From the NCBI GenBank assembly GCA_963775425.1, contig CAVZJB010000005.1:728605-792604 (forward strand): a stretch of 64,000 nucleotides of DNA, written 5' to 3'. A program made the position numbers and the translations under genes. The notes under the pieces were generated by a model. That model was given only the letters and a program-made list of their open reading frames with translations, did not search any database and had not been told where the DNA came from. The stretch comes from an uncultured delta proteobacterium. GTDB taxonomy: Bacteria > Myxococcota > UBA727 > VGSZ01. Every line of letters begins with the position of its first letter. Positions within the stretch are counted from its first letter, which is position 1. Of this stretch, positions 1 through 10,103 are shown piece by piece.

Positions 1-388
1 ACCCGACGCCGACAACAAGGTGATCCACATGATGGAGCACCAAAAGGGCATCCAACGCAAAGGCGGCTCCATGCGCCTCGGCGCCTATCCGTGCGCGCTC
101 AAGGCCGGGTCGCTCGCGCGCCGGGTCTACGGTGTCGACGAGGTCAACGAGCGCCACCGGCATCGCTTCGAGGTGAACAACGCCTTCCGCGGGCAGCTCC
201 AGGACTGCGGCATGGTGTTCTCCGGCCTCTCGCCCGACGGCAACCTCGTCGAGATGATCGAGGTCCCGAACCACCCCTTCTTCATCGGCTGCCAATTCCA
301 CCCGGAATTCCTCTCGCGGCCCTACAAGCCCCACCCGCTGTTCGCCTCCCTCGTCGAGGCCGCGCTGCGGAACAAAGGCCTGCGCTGA
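1..388 (+). CDS. pyrG: CTP synthase, C-terminal glutaminase domain (5' end outside window)
   Basis: Motifs [17 protein letters not shown] and [17 protein letters not shown]. Confidence 0.97.
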   Translation, partial: PDADNKVIHMMEHQKGIQRKGGSMRLGAYPCALKAGSLARRVYGVDEVNERHRHRFEVNNAFRGQLQDCGMVFSGLSPDGNLVEMIEVPNHPFFIGCQFHPEFLSRPYKPHPLFASLVEAALRNKGLR

Positions 389-761
389 AAGGCTGACGAA
401 AGAAAAGGCTCGTAGCAGCACTCGGCGAAGCCGCCGACAAGGTGGCTCGCCGCGCGGAGTACGTGGCGAGGCACGTCGGCGCGCAAGAAGAACCGCTGCA
501 GGTTGTGAGGTGGCTCGGATCAACGGTCCATCCCTCGTCGCCACTCGCGGCGCTCTCGATGACGCGGATCCCGATGGGCGTTCCGCGCCCCCTCGTGGGT
601 CGTCGACGGAGCCGTCGTCGCGCGGGCGGCATCGCACCGATCGTGTGCGGTTTGACCCGCCGGTTGTGCGGCGCCGGCGGCGCGGTCGCACGGGCGAATG
701 GGGCGAAGGGGCACGGGGCCTCTTCGGGCACGTGGGCACGCGCTTCGCAGGAATGCCGTTC

Positions 762-1745
762 ATGAAGCGCGTGAAGCGGGCCGTGCTCGGCGTCCTGGTC
801 CTGACGATCCTCTCGGCGGTGGCGGTGCTGGTGTGGCAGCGGGTGCTCCGCGCGCGCGCGCCCGACGAGTCCGTGCATGGCTCCGGGAGCATCGAGGCCA
901 CCGAGGTCGTCGTCGCGCCCAAGGTGAGCGCGCGGATCGCGACCCTCGGGGCGGACGAGGGCGACCACGTCAAAGCCGGCCAGCGCCTCGCGACGCTCGA
1001 GTGCGACACGATGCGCGTGGCGCTCAAGCAGGCGCGGGCACAGGTGCAGGCGGCGGACGCGATGAAGAACGAAGCGCTCGCGCGCCAGCGCCAGGCACAG
1101 GACGCCGACGCGCCGCTCCTCGTGCAATACGACCTCGCCAAGCGGGAGCATGCGCGCGCCGCGAAGCTCTTCGCGTCCGGGGGGATCACCCGCTCGGCGC
1201 TCGACGAGGCCACCACGCATGACGAGGCGCTCAAGGCGCAGCTCGATCAGACCGGGCGCGCCGTCAGCGTCGCCCGCGCCGGCGTGCGCGTGGCCGCGTC
1301 GCAGGTGGACCTCGCCCGGACCGCCGTGGACCAGACGGAGGCGCAGCTCGAGGAGTGCTTCATCGACGCCCCCATGACCGGCGTGGTCATGCGCCGCGTG
1401 CACGAGGTGGGGGAGCTCGTCCTCCCCGGCTCCACGCTCTTTCGCATCGGCGACCTCGCCGACATCTACACGTGGATCTACGTGCCCAACGAGGACGTCG
1501 GCCGCGTGAAGCTCGGGCAGGACGTCGACGTCGTCGCCGACACCTACCCCGGCCGCACCTTCCGCGGCCGCGTGGTGCGCATCAACGAGGAGGCCGAGTT
1601 CACGCCCAAGTCGATCCAGACGCGCAAGGACCGGACGCGCCTGGTGTTCGGCGTGAAGGTCTCCGTCGACAACCGGGACGGCGCGCTGCTGCCGGGCATG
1701 CCGGTGGAGGCGACCATCCACGCCGAGCCTCCGGGCTCGAGGTGA
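762..1745 (+). CDS. HlyD-family periplasmic adaptor (YbhG-like) of an ABC-2 efflux system
   Basis: N-terminal TM, GSIEATEV, EGDHVKAGQ lipoyl half-motif, coiled hairpin, AEFTPKSIQT, LLPGMPV; start ATG762 or ATG753. Confidence 0.9.
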   Translation: MKRVKRAVLGVLVLTILSAVAVLVWQRVLRARAPDESVHGSGSIEATEVVVAPKVSARIATLGADEGDHVKAGQRLATLECDTMRVALKQARAQVQAADAMKNEALARQRQAQDADAPLLVQYDLAKREHARAAKLFASGGITRSALDEATTHDEALKAQLDQTGRAVSVARAGVRVAASQVDLARTAVDQTEAQLEECFIDAPMTGVVMRRVHEVGELVLPGSTLFRIGDLADIYTWIYVPNEDVGRVKLGQDVDVVADTYPGRTFRGRVVRINEEAEFTPKSIQTRKDRTRLVFGVKVSVDNRDGALLPGMPVEATIHAEPPGSR

Positions 1746-1748
1746 CCC

Positions 1749-2858
1749 GTGGAGGTCCTCGCGCTCAGTGACGTCGTCAAGCGCTTCGGCGACCGCGCCG
1801 TCGTGGGCGGGGTCTCGCTCGACGTCGGCGAGGGCGAGGTGGTCGGGCTCATCGGGCCCGACGGCGCCGGCAAGACGACCACCATGCGCCTCGCGGCAGG
1901 GTTGAGCACGCCTTCGTCGGGGACCGTGACGATCCTCGGCGAGGCGCTCGACGACGACGACGGCCACGCAGGCTTGTTCGCCGCGTTTCGTCGAGGACGG
2001 ACCGTGCGGGGGCGCCTCGGCTATATGCCGCAGAGCTTCAGCCTCTACTCCGACCTCTCGGTGCAGGAGAACCTGCGTTTCTTCGGCGGCATGTACGGCG
2101 TGCGGAAGGCGGTGATGCGCGAGCGGGAGAAGCGCCTGCTCGGCATCGCGCGGCTCGAGGACTTCCGCGACCGCCCGGCGGGCGCGCTCTCCGGCGGCAT
2201 GTACAAGAAGCTCGCGCTTTCGTGCGCGCTCATCCACGAGCCGCGGCTGCTCCTGCTCGACGAGCCGACCAACGGCGTCGATCCCATCAGCCGGCGGGAG
2301 CTGTGGGCGTTCCTCAAGGAGCAGGTCGGTGGCGGCGTCGGCGTCCTGTACTCGACGCCCTACATGGACGAGGCCGCGCGTTGCGATCGCGTGGGCCTGC
2401 TCGTCGAGGGACACCTGGTGGCGCTCGATACGCCCGCGGCCCTCACCGCGCGCTTCGACGCCACGGTCTTCGAGATCGTCCTGGTGGCCGGTCCCGGCGC
2501 GGGCTCCGAAGGAGCCGCGGCCCCCGTCGCCGGGGACGGCGCAGCGGGCGCGTCTTCGGCGACGACCCCGGCGGAGCCGGAGGAGCGCCCGGGTCATCGC
2601 CGGGGGCCGTCGGTGCCGGCGGCGCTGCTCGCGGCGCCGGGCGTCGACGAGGTCTACACCGTGGGGCGCAAGCTCCACGTCGTCACCCGGCGCGGGCCCG
2701 CGTTCAGGGACGCCATCGAGGCGGCGCTGGCCTCCGTGGGGGCGCACGCAGCGTCCGTCGAGGTGGTGCCGCCCACGTTCGAGGACGTCTTCCTCCATCT
2801 GACGGCGCACGTCGACGAGGCCGCAGGCGACGCGGACGGAGGTGCGCATGGCCACTGA
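1749..2858 (+). CDS. ABC transporter ATP-binding protein
   Basis: Walker A GPDGAGKTT, signature LSGGM, Walker B LLLLDEPT. Confidence 0.93.
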   Translation: MEVLALSDVVKRFGDRAVVGGVSLDVGEGEVVGLIGPDGAGKTTTMRLAAGLSTPSSGTVTILGEALDDDDGHAGLFAAFRRGRTVRGRLGYMPQSFSLYSDLSVQENLRFFGGMYGVRKAVMREREKRLLGIARLEDFRDRPAGALSGGMYKKLALSCALIHEPRLLLLDEPTNGVDPISRRELWAFLKEQVGGGVGVLYSTPYMDEAARCDRVGLLVEGHLVALDTPAALTARFDATVFEIVLVAGPGAGSEGAAAPVAGDGAAGASSATTPAEPEERPGHRRGPSVPAALLAAPGVDEVYTVGRKLHVVTRRGPAFRDAIEAALASVGAHAASVEVVPPTFEDVFLHLTAHVDEAAGDADGGAHGH

Positions 2859-3645
2859 GGGCGAGGACCTCGTCATCGACGTCGATGGGCTCACGCGCAC
2901 GTTCGGCGACTTCCGCGCCGTCGACGCCATCTCGTTCTCCGTCAAGCGCGGTGAGGTGTTCGGCTTCCTCGGCGCCAACGGCGCCGGCAAGTCCACCACC
3001 ATCCGCATGCTGTGCGGGCTCCTCGCGCCCACCGGCGGCGCGGGCCGCGTCCTCCACTACGACATCCTGCGCGAGTGGGAGCGCGTGAAGCCGCACGTCG
3101 GCTACATGTCCCAGAAGTTCTCGCTGTATCCCGACCTCACCGTCTCCGAGAACCTCGACTTCTTCGGCGGCATCCACGGCCTGTCCGGAAAGACGCTCGC
3201 GCGGCGCCGCGCCTGGGCCGTCGCGATGAGCGGCCTGCAGGGGCACGAGAGGGACATCACCGCGTCCCTCGCCGCAGCCTTCAAGCAGCGCCTGGCCCTC
3301 GGCGCCGCCCTCCTGCACGAGCCCGTGCTGCTGTTCCTCGACGAGCCCACCGCCGGCGTGGCGCCGCTCGCCCGTCGCGCGTTCTGGGACCTCATCCACG
3401 ACCTCGCCGCCGAGGGCACCACCATCTTCGTCACCAGCCACTACATGGACGAGGTCGAGCAGTGTGATCGCATCGCGCTGATGCACCGCGGCCGCATCGA
3501 GGCCCTGGACACGCCCGCGCGCCTCAAGCGCGATCCGCGCGTCCCCAAGGGCGCCGGCGAGCCGTCCCTCGAGGACGTCTTCGTCGCCGTGCTCGGCAGC
3601 GCCGACGCCCGGCGTGCCGCCGCCGGCGAAGGAGGCGCGCGATGA
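2848..3645 (+). CDS. ABC transporter ATP-binding protein
   Basis: Walker A GANGAGKST, Walker B LFLDEPT, H-loop TSHYMDE, degenerate signature LAAAF. Confidence 0.93.
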   Translation: MATEGEDLVIDVDGLTRTFGDFRAVDAISFSVKRGEVFGFLGANGAGKSTTIRMLCGLLAPTGGAGRVLHYDILREWERVKPHVGYMSQKFSLYPDLTVSENLDFFGGIHGLSGKTLARRRAWAVAMSGLQGHERDITASLAAAFKQRLALGAALLHEPVLLFLDEPTAGVAPLARRAFWDLIHDLAAEGTTIFVTSHYMDEVEQCDRIALMHRGRIEALDTPARLKRDPRVPKGAGEPSLEDVFVAVLGSADARRAAAGEGGAR

Positions 3646-4781
3646 TTCGCAGGATCGGCCTCATGGCGTGGAAGGAGACCCGGCACATCCTGCGCGACGT
3701 GAGCACGCTCTACATGGCGTTCGGCGTGCCGCTCGTGCTCCTCGCGCTCTTCGGCTACGCGCTCACGCTCGACGTCGAGCACATCGCCATGGTCGTCGTC
3801 GACGACGACCACACCGCCGAGTCGCGCGACCTCGTCGGCCGCTTTGAGCGCACCGGCTTCTTCGACGTGGTGGGCCGCCCCGACGACCCTGCCGCCGTCC
3901 TCGGGGCCTTCCGGCGCGGAGACGCCCGCGCGGCGCTCTTCGTGCCCCGCGGCACCGCCCGCGCCCTCGACCGCGGGGAGCGCGCCCACGTGCAGCTCGT
4001 CGTCGACGGCACCAACGCCAACGTCGCCTCCATCGCCATCGCCTACGGCGAAGCGGCGGGCGAGGTGATGTCCCTCGACGTCGACCTTCAGACGCTCGAC
4101 CGGCTCGGTATCGCCGGCGGGCAACGCATCGGCCCGCCGCTCAACGTCACCAGCCGCAACTGGTTCAACCCCGACCTGCGCTCGCAGTGGTACCTCGTGC
4201 CCGGCCTGGTCGCCGTCATCATGGCGATGATGAGCGCCATCCTCATGGCCCTCACCGTGGCGCGCGAGTGGGAGCGCGGGACCATGGAGCAGCTCCTCGT
4301 CACGCCCGCGCGGCCCATCGAGATCCTCCTCGGCAAGCTCATCCCGTACTTCGTCATCGGGCTCGGCCAGCTCACCCTCGTGGCCGGCGCCGGCGTCTTG
4401 CTGTTCGGCGTCCCCATCGCCGGCAGCCTCGCGCTTCTCTACGGGCTGTCGTCGCTGTTCCTCGTGGGCGCGCTCGGGCAGGGCCTCCTCATCTCGGTGA
4501 TCACGCGGCAGCAGCAGCTCGCGATGCAGATCTCGCTCATCACCTCGCTCCTGCCCGCCATCCTCCTGTCGGGCTTCATGGCGCCGGTGAGCTCGATGCC
4601 CGAGGTCCTGCAGTGGCTCTCGCGGATCATCCCCGCGCGCTATCTCCTCGTCGTCACGCGCACGCTCTTCCTCAAGGGCAGCGGCCTGTCCACGCTGTGG
4701 CCACAGGCGGTGGCGCTCCTGGTGTTCGCCACCGTCGTGATGTTCCTCGGCGTCACCCGCATGAAGACGAGGCTCGACTGA
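3642..4781 (+). CDS. ABC-2 type permease (YbhS-like)
   Basis: WKE N-terminus, WFNPDL, AREWERGTMEQLLVTP, multiple TMs; ATGA overlap with upstream gene. Confidence 0.92.
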   Translation: MIRRIGLMAWKETRHILRDVSTLYMAFGVPLVLLALFGYALTLDVEHIAMVVVDDDHTAESRDLVGRFERTGFFDVVGRPDDPAAVLGAFRRGDARAALFVPRGTARALDRGERAHVQLVVDGTNANVASIAIAYGEAAGEVMSLDVDLQTLDRLGIAGGQRIGPPLNVTSRNWFNPDLRSQWYLVPGLVAVIMAMMSAILMALTVAREWERGTMEQLLVTPARPIEILLGKLIPYFVIGLGQLTLVAGAGVLLFGVPIAGSLALLYGLSSLFLVGALGQGLLISVITRQQQLAMQISLITSLLPAILLSGFMAPVSSMPEVLQWLSRIIPARYLLVVTRTLFLKGSGLSTLWPQAVALLVFATVVMFLGVTRMKTRLD

Positions 4782-5923
4782 TGGCGTCCGCGATCCCGCA
4801 CCTGATGAAGAAGGAGCTCATCCAGACGCGGCGGGACAAGCGCATGCTCATGATCCTGCTGGTGGCGCCGGTGCTCCAGGTGATCGTGTTCGGCTTCGCC
4901 GTGAACCTCGACCTCAAGGGCCAGCCCATCGTCATCGGCGACCGCGACATGAGCGAGCAGAGCCGCTCGCTCGTCGACGCGCTCGCGGCGGACGACAGCT
5001 TCCACATCGTCGGCGACACCGTGTCGCACGACGCCGCGGAGGACGCCGTGCTCAGCGGCGAGGCCGTCATGGCGCTCCTCATCCCGCGCGACTTCTCCCG
5101 GGACCTCGACCGCGGCAACGGCAGCGTGATGCTGGTGGTGGACGGCTCGGACTCGAACACGGCGCTGCGCGCGGAGCAGGAGGCGACCTCCATCCTCACG
5201 CGGCGCGCCGTTAGCCTCGAGCGCGCGCGGCTGAAGGATCTGCTCGCGGCGCGCGGCGTCGACATGGACGCCGTGGTCCCGGACTTCGGCGTCGTCACGC
5301 GCGCGTGGTTCAACCCCGAGATGCGCACGGCCATCTTCCTGGTGCCTGCGGTGTTCGCGCTGGTGTTGATGGTGATCACCATGGTGCTCACGTCGATGGG
5401 GCTCGTGCGTGAGAAGGAGATGGGCACGCTCGAGCAGATCATGGTGAGCCCCATCAAGCCCATCGAGCTCATGGCGGGAAAGACCCTGCCGTACGCGTTG
5501 CTCGGCCTCGTCGACGTCACCTTCGTGGTCATCGCCGCCGTGGTGATCTTCCATGTGCCCGTGCGTGGCAGCCTGCTGGAGCTCTACGTCGCGAGCGGGC
5601 TGTTCCTGCTCACCACGCTGGGCCTCGGGTTGTTCGTGTCGACGATCTCCAAGACGCAGCAGCAGGCGATGCTCACGGCGTTCTTCTTCCTTTTGCCCGC
5701 GTTGATGCTGTCGGGCTACGTGTTTCCCGTCGAGAACATGCCGGAGCCCGTCCAGTGGCTCACGGTGGTGAACCCGCTCCGCTACTACATCGAGCTGACG
5801 CGCGGGATCATGGTGAAGGGCGCCGACCTCCACGATCTGTGGCGACAGGCGCTCTCCCTCCTCGGCCTCGGCGCCGCCGTGCTCGTCGGTGCGGCGTCGC
5901 TGTTCCGCAAACGCCTCGCGTGA
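4781..5923 (+). CDS. ABC-2 type permease (YbhR-like)
   Basis: KKELIQ, WFNPEM, VREKEMGTLEQIMVSP, LSGYVFPVENMP; TGATG coupling at 4779-4783. Confidence 0.92.
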   Translation: MASAIPHLMKKELIQTRRDKRMLMILLVAPVLQVIVFGFAVNLDLKGQPIVIGDRDMSEQSRSLVDALAADDSFHIVGDTVSHDAAEDAVLSGEAVMALLIPRDFSRDLDRGNGSVMLVVDGSDSNTALRAEQEATSILTRRAVSLERARLKDLLAARGVDMDAVVPDFGVVTRAWFNPEMRTAIFLVPAVFALVLMVITMVLTSMGLVREKEMGTLEQIMVSPIKPIELMAGKTLPYALLGLVDVTFVVIAAVVIFHVPVRGSLLELYVASGLFLLTTLGLGLFVSTISKTQQQAMLTAFFFLLPALMLSGYVFPVENMPEPVQWLTVVNPLRYYIELTRGIMVKGADLHDLWRQALSLLGLGAAVLVGAASLFRKRLA

Positions 5924-5964
5924 CGGCCGACGCGGGGCCGCGGGGATCGGGATAGAAGCGGGCG

Positions 5965-6975
5965 ATGAAGGTGGGCGTGATGGGTGCGGGGGCCATCGGC
6001 TGCTACGTGGGCGGCCGGCTGCTCGCGTCCGGTGTCGACGTCGTGCTGGTGGCCCGGGCCGCGCTCGTCGAGGAGCTGTCGCGCTTCGGCCTGCGCCTCA
6101 CGGACCTCTACGGCGCCTCGCTCGACGTCGACGCGGCGCGCCTGTCGGAGTCCGGCGCGCTCGCCACCGACGCCGCCGCGCTCGCCGGCTGCGACGTCGT
6201 CATCGTCACGGTGAAGAGCGGCGACACCGCCGCCGCCGGCGCCGCGCTCGCGCCCGTGATGAAGGAGGGGGCCGTCGTCGTCAGCCTGCAAAACGGGGTG
6301 AGCAACCCGGCCGTGTTGAGGGAGGCGCTGCCGGGCCGCCGGGTGTTGGCGGCGATGGTGCCGTTCAACGTGCTGCGCAAGGGCGAGGGGCGCTTCCACC
6401 AGGGCACCGGCGGCGCCATCGCCGTCGAGCCCGGCGCCGGTGACCTCGTGGCGGCGCTCGTGAAGGCGGGTTTGCCGGCGGCGTCGCGTGCGGACATCGA
6501 GCGCGTGCAGTGGGGGAAGCTCGTCGTCAACCTCAACAACGTCGTGAACGCGCTCGCCGGCGTCCCCATCCGCGAGATGCTGTTCGACATCGGCTACCGG
6601 CGCGTGATGGCGGCCATGGTGCGCGAAGCGCTCGACGTGCTCGACGCCGCGGGCGTCGCCCCGCGCCTGGACCCGCCGCTGCCGCCGCCGTGGATCCCAC
6701 GCATGCTCACGCTTCCGACCGCGCTGTTCCGCCTGGCCGCGCGGCCGATGCTCCGGGTGGACCCGCAGGCGCGCTCGTCCATGTGGGACGACCTGCAGCG
6801 CGGCCGCGTCACCGAGGTCGACGCGCTCAACGGCGCCGTCGTCGCGCTCGCGCGGAAGGTCGGCGCGGCGGCGCCGATCAACGAGCGTCTGGTGGCGCTC
6901 GCGAAGGCGGCGGAGGGCAAGGGCTCGCCGGGGCTGTCCGCCGAGGCGCTGGCGCGAGCGCTCGAGCCGACCTGA
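5965..6975 (+). CDS. panE: 2-dehydropantoate 2-reductase
   Basis: GAGAIG Rossmann motif, VTVKS, SLQNG, WGKLVVN, SSMWDDL..GRVTEVDALNG. Confidence 0.88.
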   Translation: MKVGVMGAGAIGCYVGGRLLASGVDVVLVARAALVEELSRFGLRLTDLYGASLDVDAARLSESGALATDAAALAGCDVVIVTVKSGDTAAAGAALAPVMKEGAVVVSLQNGVSNPAVLREALPGRRVLAAMVPFNVLRKGEGRFHQGTGGAIAVEPGAGDLVAALVKAGLPAASRADIERVQWGKLVVNLNNVVNALAGVPIREMLFDIGYRRVMAAMVREALDVLDAAGVAPRLDPPLPPPWIPRMLTLPTALFRLAARPMLRVDPQARSSMWDDLQRGRVTEVDALNGAVVALARKVGAAAPINERLVALAKAAEGKGSPGLSAEALARALEPT

Positions 6976-7023
6976 GGGATCTCGCCCGCTCGACGTCGAC
7001 GACGGCGTGCCTACGGTCCACCC

Positions 7024-7446
7024 ATGATCCGCACGTGTCCTTCCTGCGGCAAGAAGAACCGCGTCCCTGCCTCCCACCTCGCCGACAACGGCACGTGTGG
7101 GAGCTGCAAGAGCCCGCTGCCGGCGCTGGACGTGCCCATCGACGCGGACGCCACGCTCTTCGACGAGATCACGCGCGACGCCAAGGTGCCCGTGCTCGTC
7201 GACTTCTGGGCGGCGTGGTGCGGCCCGTGCCGCACGGCCGCGCCGCACGTGAAGGCCGTCGCCCACAAGATGAAGGGACGCGCGCTGGTGCTCAAGGTGG
7301 ACACCGATCGCGACGGCGCGCTCGCCCAGCGCTTCGGCGTGCGCGGCATCCCGAACTTCGTGGTGCTCAAAGGCGGGCGCCCCGTGATGCAGCAGGCGGG
7401 CGCCGTGGACGCGGCGACGCTCGAGCGGTGGCTCGCAGGGGCGTGA
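7024..7446 (+). CDS. trxC: Thioredoxin 2 (zinc-binding TrxC type)
   Basis: N-terminal CPSC...CGSC zinc finger and WCGPC active site. Confidence 0.92.
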   Translation: MIRTCPSCGKKNRVPASHLADNGTCGSCKSPLPALDVPIDADATLFDEITRDAKVPVLVDFWAAWCGPCRTAAPHVKAVAHKMKGRALVLKVDTDRDGALAQRFGVRGIPNFVVLKGGRPVMQQAGAVDAATLERWLAGA

Positions 7447-7485
7447 CGCTTTGTCGGTCGCCGACGCGAGCGTGGCGCGCGCCGA

Positions 7486-7998
7486 TCAGCCGCGGATCAG
7501 GTTCCGCGTGATCTCGATGAACAGCGCGCCGTCGAGGAACGACAGGTGGACGTCGCCGAACGCGACGTGCGCCCCCGGCTTGACCAGCACGGCCGCGCCC
7601 TCCTTCTGACCGGGGACGACGGCGTCGTCGACCTTGGTGCCGTTTTGCGAGCCGGCGTCCTGCAGGTAGAGGGCGCCTCCCTGCGGACGGAAGAACGCGT
7701 GGAAGCGGGAGATGCTCGCCTCCGGGAGGTGGACGTCGTTGTTTTCGTGCCGTCCGACGGAGACGAACTCGAAGGTGGACTCGAGCCGGCGCCGCACCGG
7801 ATAGACCAACACCGGCGCCGCAGGAGAGCCCGGCCCGGCGAGGCTGCGCGTGCGCTGCTCCGCAGACGCCTGGCGGAGCTTGTCGGTGTCGAGGAGCAGG
7901 AACGCATCGCCGTGCCGGCGAATGAACGCCGCCGCGTCCAGGGTGCGCGCGTCGTCGGCGAGCGGCCCCAAAGCCGCGCCATTTCCGAACTGAACCAT
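7486..7998 (-). CDS. FHA domain protein
   Basis: VGRHENND, ISRFHA, DAGSQNGTKV FHA signature; ATG7998 has TATGGT 6 nt upstream. Confidence 0.85.
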   Translation of the reverse strand: MVQFGNGAALGPLADDARTLDAAAFIRRHGDAFLLLDTDKLRQASAEQRTRSLAGPGSPAAPVLVYPVRRRLESTFEFVSVGRHENNDVHLPEASISRFHAFFRPQGGALYLQDAGSQNGTKVDDAVVPGQKEGAAVLVKPGAHVAFGDVHLSFLDGALFIEITRNLIRG

Positions 7999-8077
7999 GA
8001 GCGGACCATAGCGCGGCTGTCTCGTCGTGGTCCTCGTGGAAACACCCGCCGGCGGCGGCTCTGCTATGCGAAGCCAC

Positions 8078-8914
8078 ATGCGCGCTTCGCTCTTCCTCCT
8101 CGCTCCGCTCTGGGTCGCGTGTGGGCCCGTCGACGAGGCGCCGGGTGCGCCTGTCGCCCGCGGCGCCGCCGTCGGTCGCGCGTGCCTGTTCGGCGCGTGC
8201 ACGCCGGCCGTGCGCGAGCCGTCCGTCGACGACGGCGCGCCCGTCGACGACGGCGCGCCCGTCGACGACGACGGCGGCGACGCGCTCACGAACAACCGCC
8301 GCCGGCTCCTCGACGGCTACGCGGCCTCCCACGGCCTCGTCGACCGGTGCGGCGCGTGGGGCGCGCTCGACGACGGACAGCGCGGCGTGTTCCTCACCAT
8401 CACCGATCAGCTCGGCAGGCGATCGTGGCTCGGGCCCGGCGACAGCGCGCTCGACCATGTCGTTTCGCTGTACGCGGTGAACGGGAAGAAGCCGGGGGCG
8501 TTCGGCGGCTGCGGCGGCGGCGAGTACAACCGCGTCTTCTACGAGGCCGACGCCGCGCTGCTCGCCGCGTTCCGCGCGTCGGGCGACGGCCTGCCCGGGT
8601 GGCGCGACAGCCACGACCTCGCCGGCCCGCACGCGCCGTTCGATCAGAGCGACGAGACCGAGGCGGGCCAGCCCCGCGGACAGATCCAGTTCTTCAGCGC
8701 CGACGCCGCCGTCGTGGCGCTCGACCGAAACGGCGTCGAGGGCGTGGTGGACCCGCACGTCGTCGAGCACGACATCGACTACGACATCATCCACGACAGT
8801 TGCCCGACGTGCCGTTACCTCGGCGGTACCGGCACCGAGCTGTACGCGGCGGTGTGGTCGTCGCTCGGCGACGGCGGCGATCCCGAATTCGACTACAGCC
8901 CCACCTGCCCCTGA
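8078..8914 (+). CDS. Hypothetical lipoprotein
   Basis: Lipobox-like WVAC, VDDGAP repeats, His/Asp/Cys-rich C-terminus, high-GC3 codon pattern. Confidence 0.7.
   Translation: MRASLFLLAPLWVACGPVDEAPGAPVARGAAVGRACLFGACTPAVREPSVDDGAPVDDGAPVDDDGGDALTNNRRRLLDGYAASHGLVDRCGAWGALDDGQRGVFLTITDQLGRRSWLGPGDSALDHVVSLYAVNGKKPGAFGGCGGGEYNRVFYEADAALLAAFRASGDGLPGWRDSHDLAGPHAPFDQSDETEAGQPRGQIQFFSADAAVVALDRNGVEGVVDPHVVEHDIDYDIIHDSCPTCRYLGGTGTELYAAVWSSLGDGGDPEFDYSPTCP
8223..8270 (+). repeat. 18-bp coding tandem repeat (VDDGAP), about 2.7 copies
   Basis: CCGTCGACGACGGCGCGC at 8223 and 8241, partial copy at 8259. Confidence 0.85.
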
Positions 8915-8975
8915 CGCGCCTGGGCCGACCCGCGCCCGCTCCCTCCGGTCGCGTGACCCGCGCGAGCGCCGGCGA

Positions 8976-10010
8976 TCACCTCAAGGCGATGACGAAGTCG
9001 ACGCGGCGGGCGTGCTCGACCGCGCCGCGGCCGACGGCGGACAGGCGGCGGGAGTCGAGCTTGGTCTTGTCGGCCAGCGCCCGGACGACGCTGGTGGCGC
9101 GGGCGGCGCTCTTGCCCCACTCGCTCTCGTTGCGGCGCGCGGTGTGGTCCGTGTGCGCGACGACGTCGATGTGGCCGCCGACGGGGCTGAGGGCGTCGCC
9201 GATCTCTTCGACGAGCGCCTCGCCGCGTCCCGTGAGCGCGGTGTGGTTGCCGGAGAACAGCGCCGCCGCCGGCACGCGCAAGCGCACGCCGGCGTCGTCG
9301 ACGTCGATCCTGGCGCCGCTGCGCTCGAGGTCGCGCCCGAGCTTGGTCGTGAGCGCGTCGACGACGGCCTTCGCCTTCGCGCCCTTGTCCCCGGCGCCCT
9401 TGTCCCCGGCGCCCTTGTCCCCGGCGCCCTTGTCCCCGGCGCCCTTGTCCTCGGCGCCCGGCCGCTGCGGGACCGTCGCCGGCGCCGCGGGCTTGTCCGC
9501 CGCCGCGCGCAGGGACGCGATCTCCGCGTCCCTTTGCGCGAGCGCGTCGGTGAGGCTCTCGCGGTCGACGACGAGCGCGAGCACGGCCGCGACGCCGACG
9601 AGGACGGCGGCGCCCGTGGCGAGCCACGCCTGCGACGTGCGCTCGATGACCATCACGCCGCTCACCTCCGGGAGCGGGCGGGGCGCGGGCGCGGCGAAGA
9701 ACGCGCGGGCCTTTCCCGTCACCGGGCCGGTGGGCCGCGCCAGCCGCGGGCGCTCGATCTTGTCGGTCTGAAACGGCACCGCCACCGTCGGCGCGGCCTC
9801 CTCGGGCGGGACGCTGTCCCCGTCGTGGCCGCCCTCCGCCACAGCGGCGTCGTCGGGGGCGGGGACCTTGTCGGTGGGCGACGCGTCGTCGTCGGCGACG
9901 ATCTCGTCCGTGTCCCGGGGCGCGGCGTCGACGGGCGGCTCGCTGGCGTCCGCGCCCGGCGGGGGCGTCGACGGTTCAGGGGCCCGCTTGCCCGGATCGC
10001 TCAGCTCCAT
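8976..10010 (-). CDS. Membrane-anchored OmpA/MotB C-terminal-like domain protein
   Basis: Disordered acidic N-terminus, one TM, then LF...AL...VVAHTD...SAARATSV...LSAVGRG...RRVDF. Confidence 0.75.
   Translation of the reverse strand: MELSDPGKRAPEPSTPPPGADASEPPVDAAPRDTDEIVADDDASPTDKVPAPDDAAVAEGGHDGDSVPPEEAAPTVAVPFQTDKIERPRLARPTGPVTGKARAFFAAPAPRPLPEVSGVMVIERTSQAWLATGAAVLVGVAAVLALVVDRESLTDALAQRDAEIASLRAAADKPAAPATVPQRPGAEDKGAGDKGAGDKGAGDKGAGDKGAKAKAVVDALTTKLGRDLERSGARIDVDDAGVRLRVPAAALFSGNHTALTGRGEALVEEIGDALSPVGGHIDVVAHTDHTARRNESEWGKSAARATSVVRALADKTKLDSRRLSAVGRGAVEHARRVDFVIALR
9381..9455 (-). repeat. 15-bp coding tandem repeat (AGDKG), 4 perfect copies and 1 variant
   Basis: GCCCTTGTCCCCGGC x4 from 9381, then GCCCTTGTCCTCGGC. 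Confidence 0.95.
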
Positions 10011-10103
10011 GTCCCACCTCCGGCGCGGATGAAAGCGCGCTCACCGGCGCTCGGCCTCGGTGAAGAGGGGGACCCGAAGCGCGGCCGGAGGAGCGGCCGC
10101 CGC

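Noticed and set aside
8976-10010. Flagellar stator MotB
   Set aside because: No motA neighbour, no MotB TM Asp motif, and no flagellar genes in the window.
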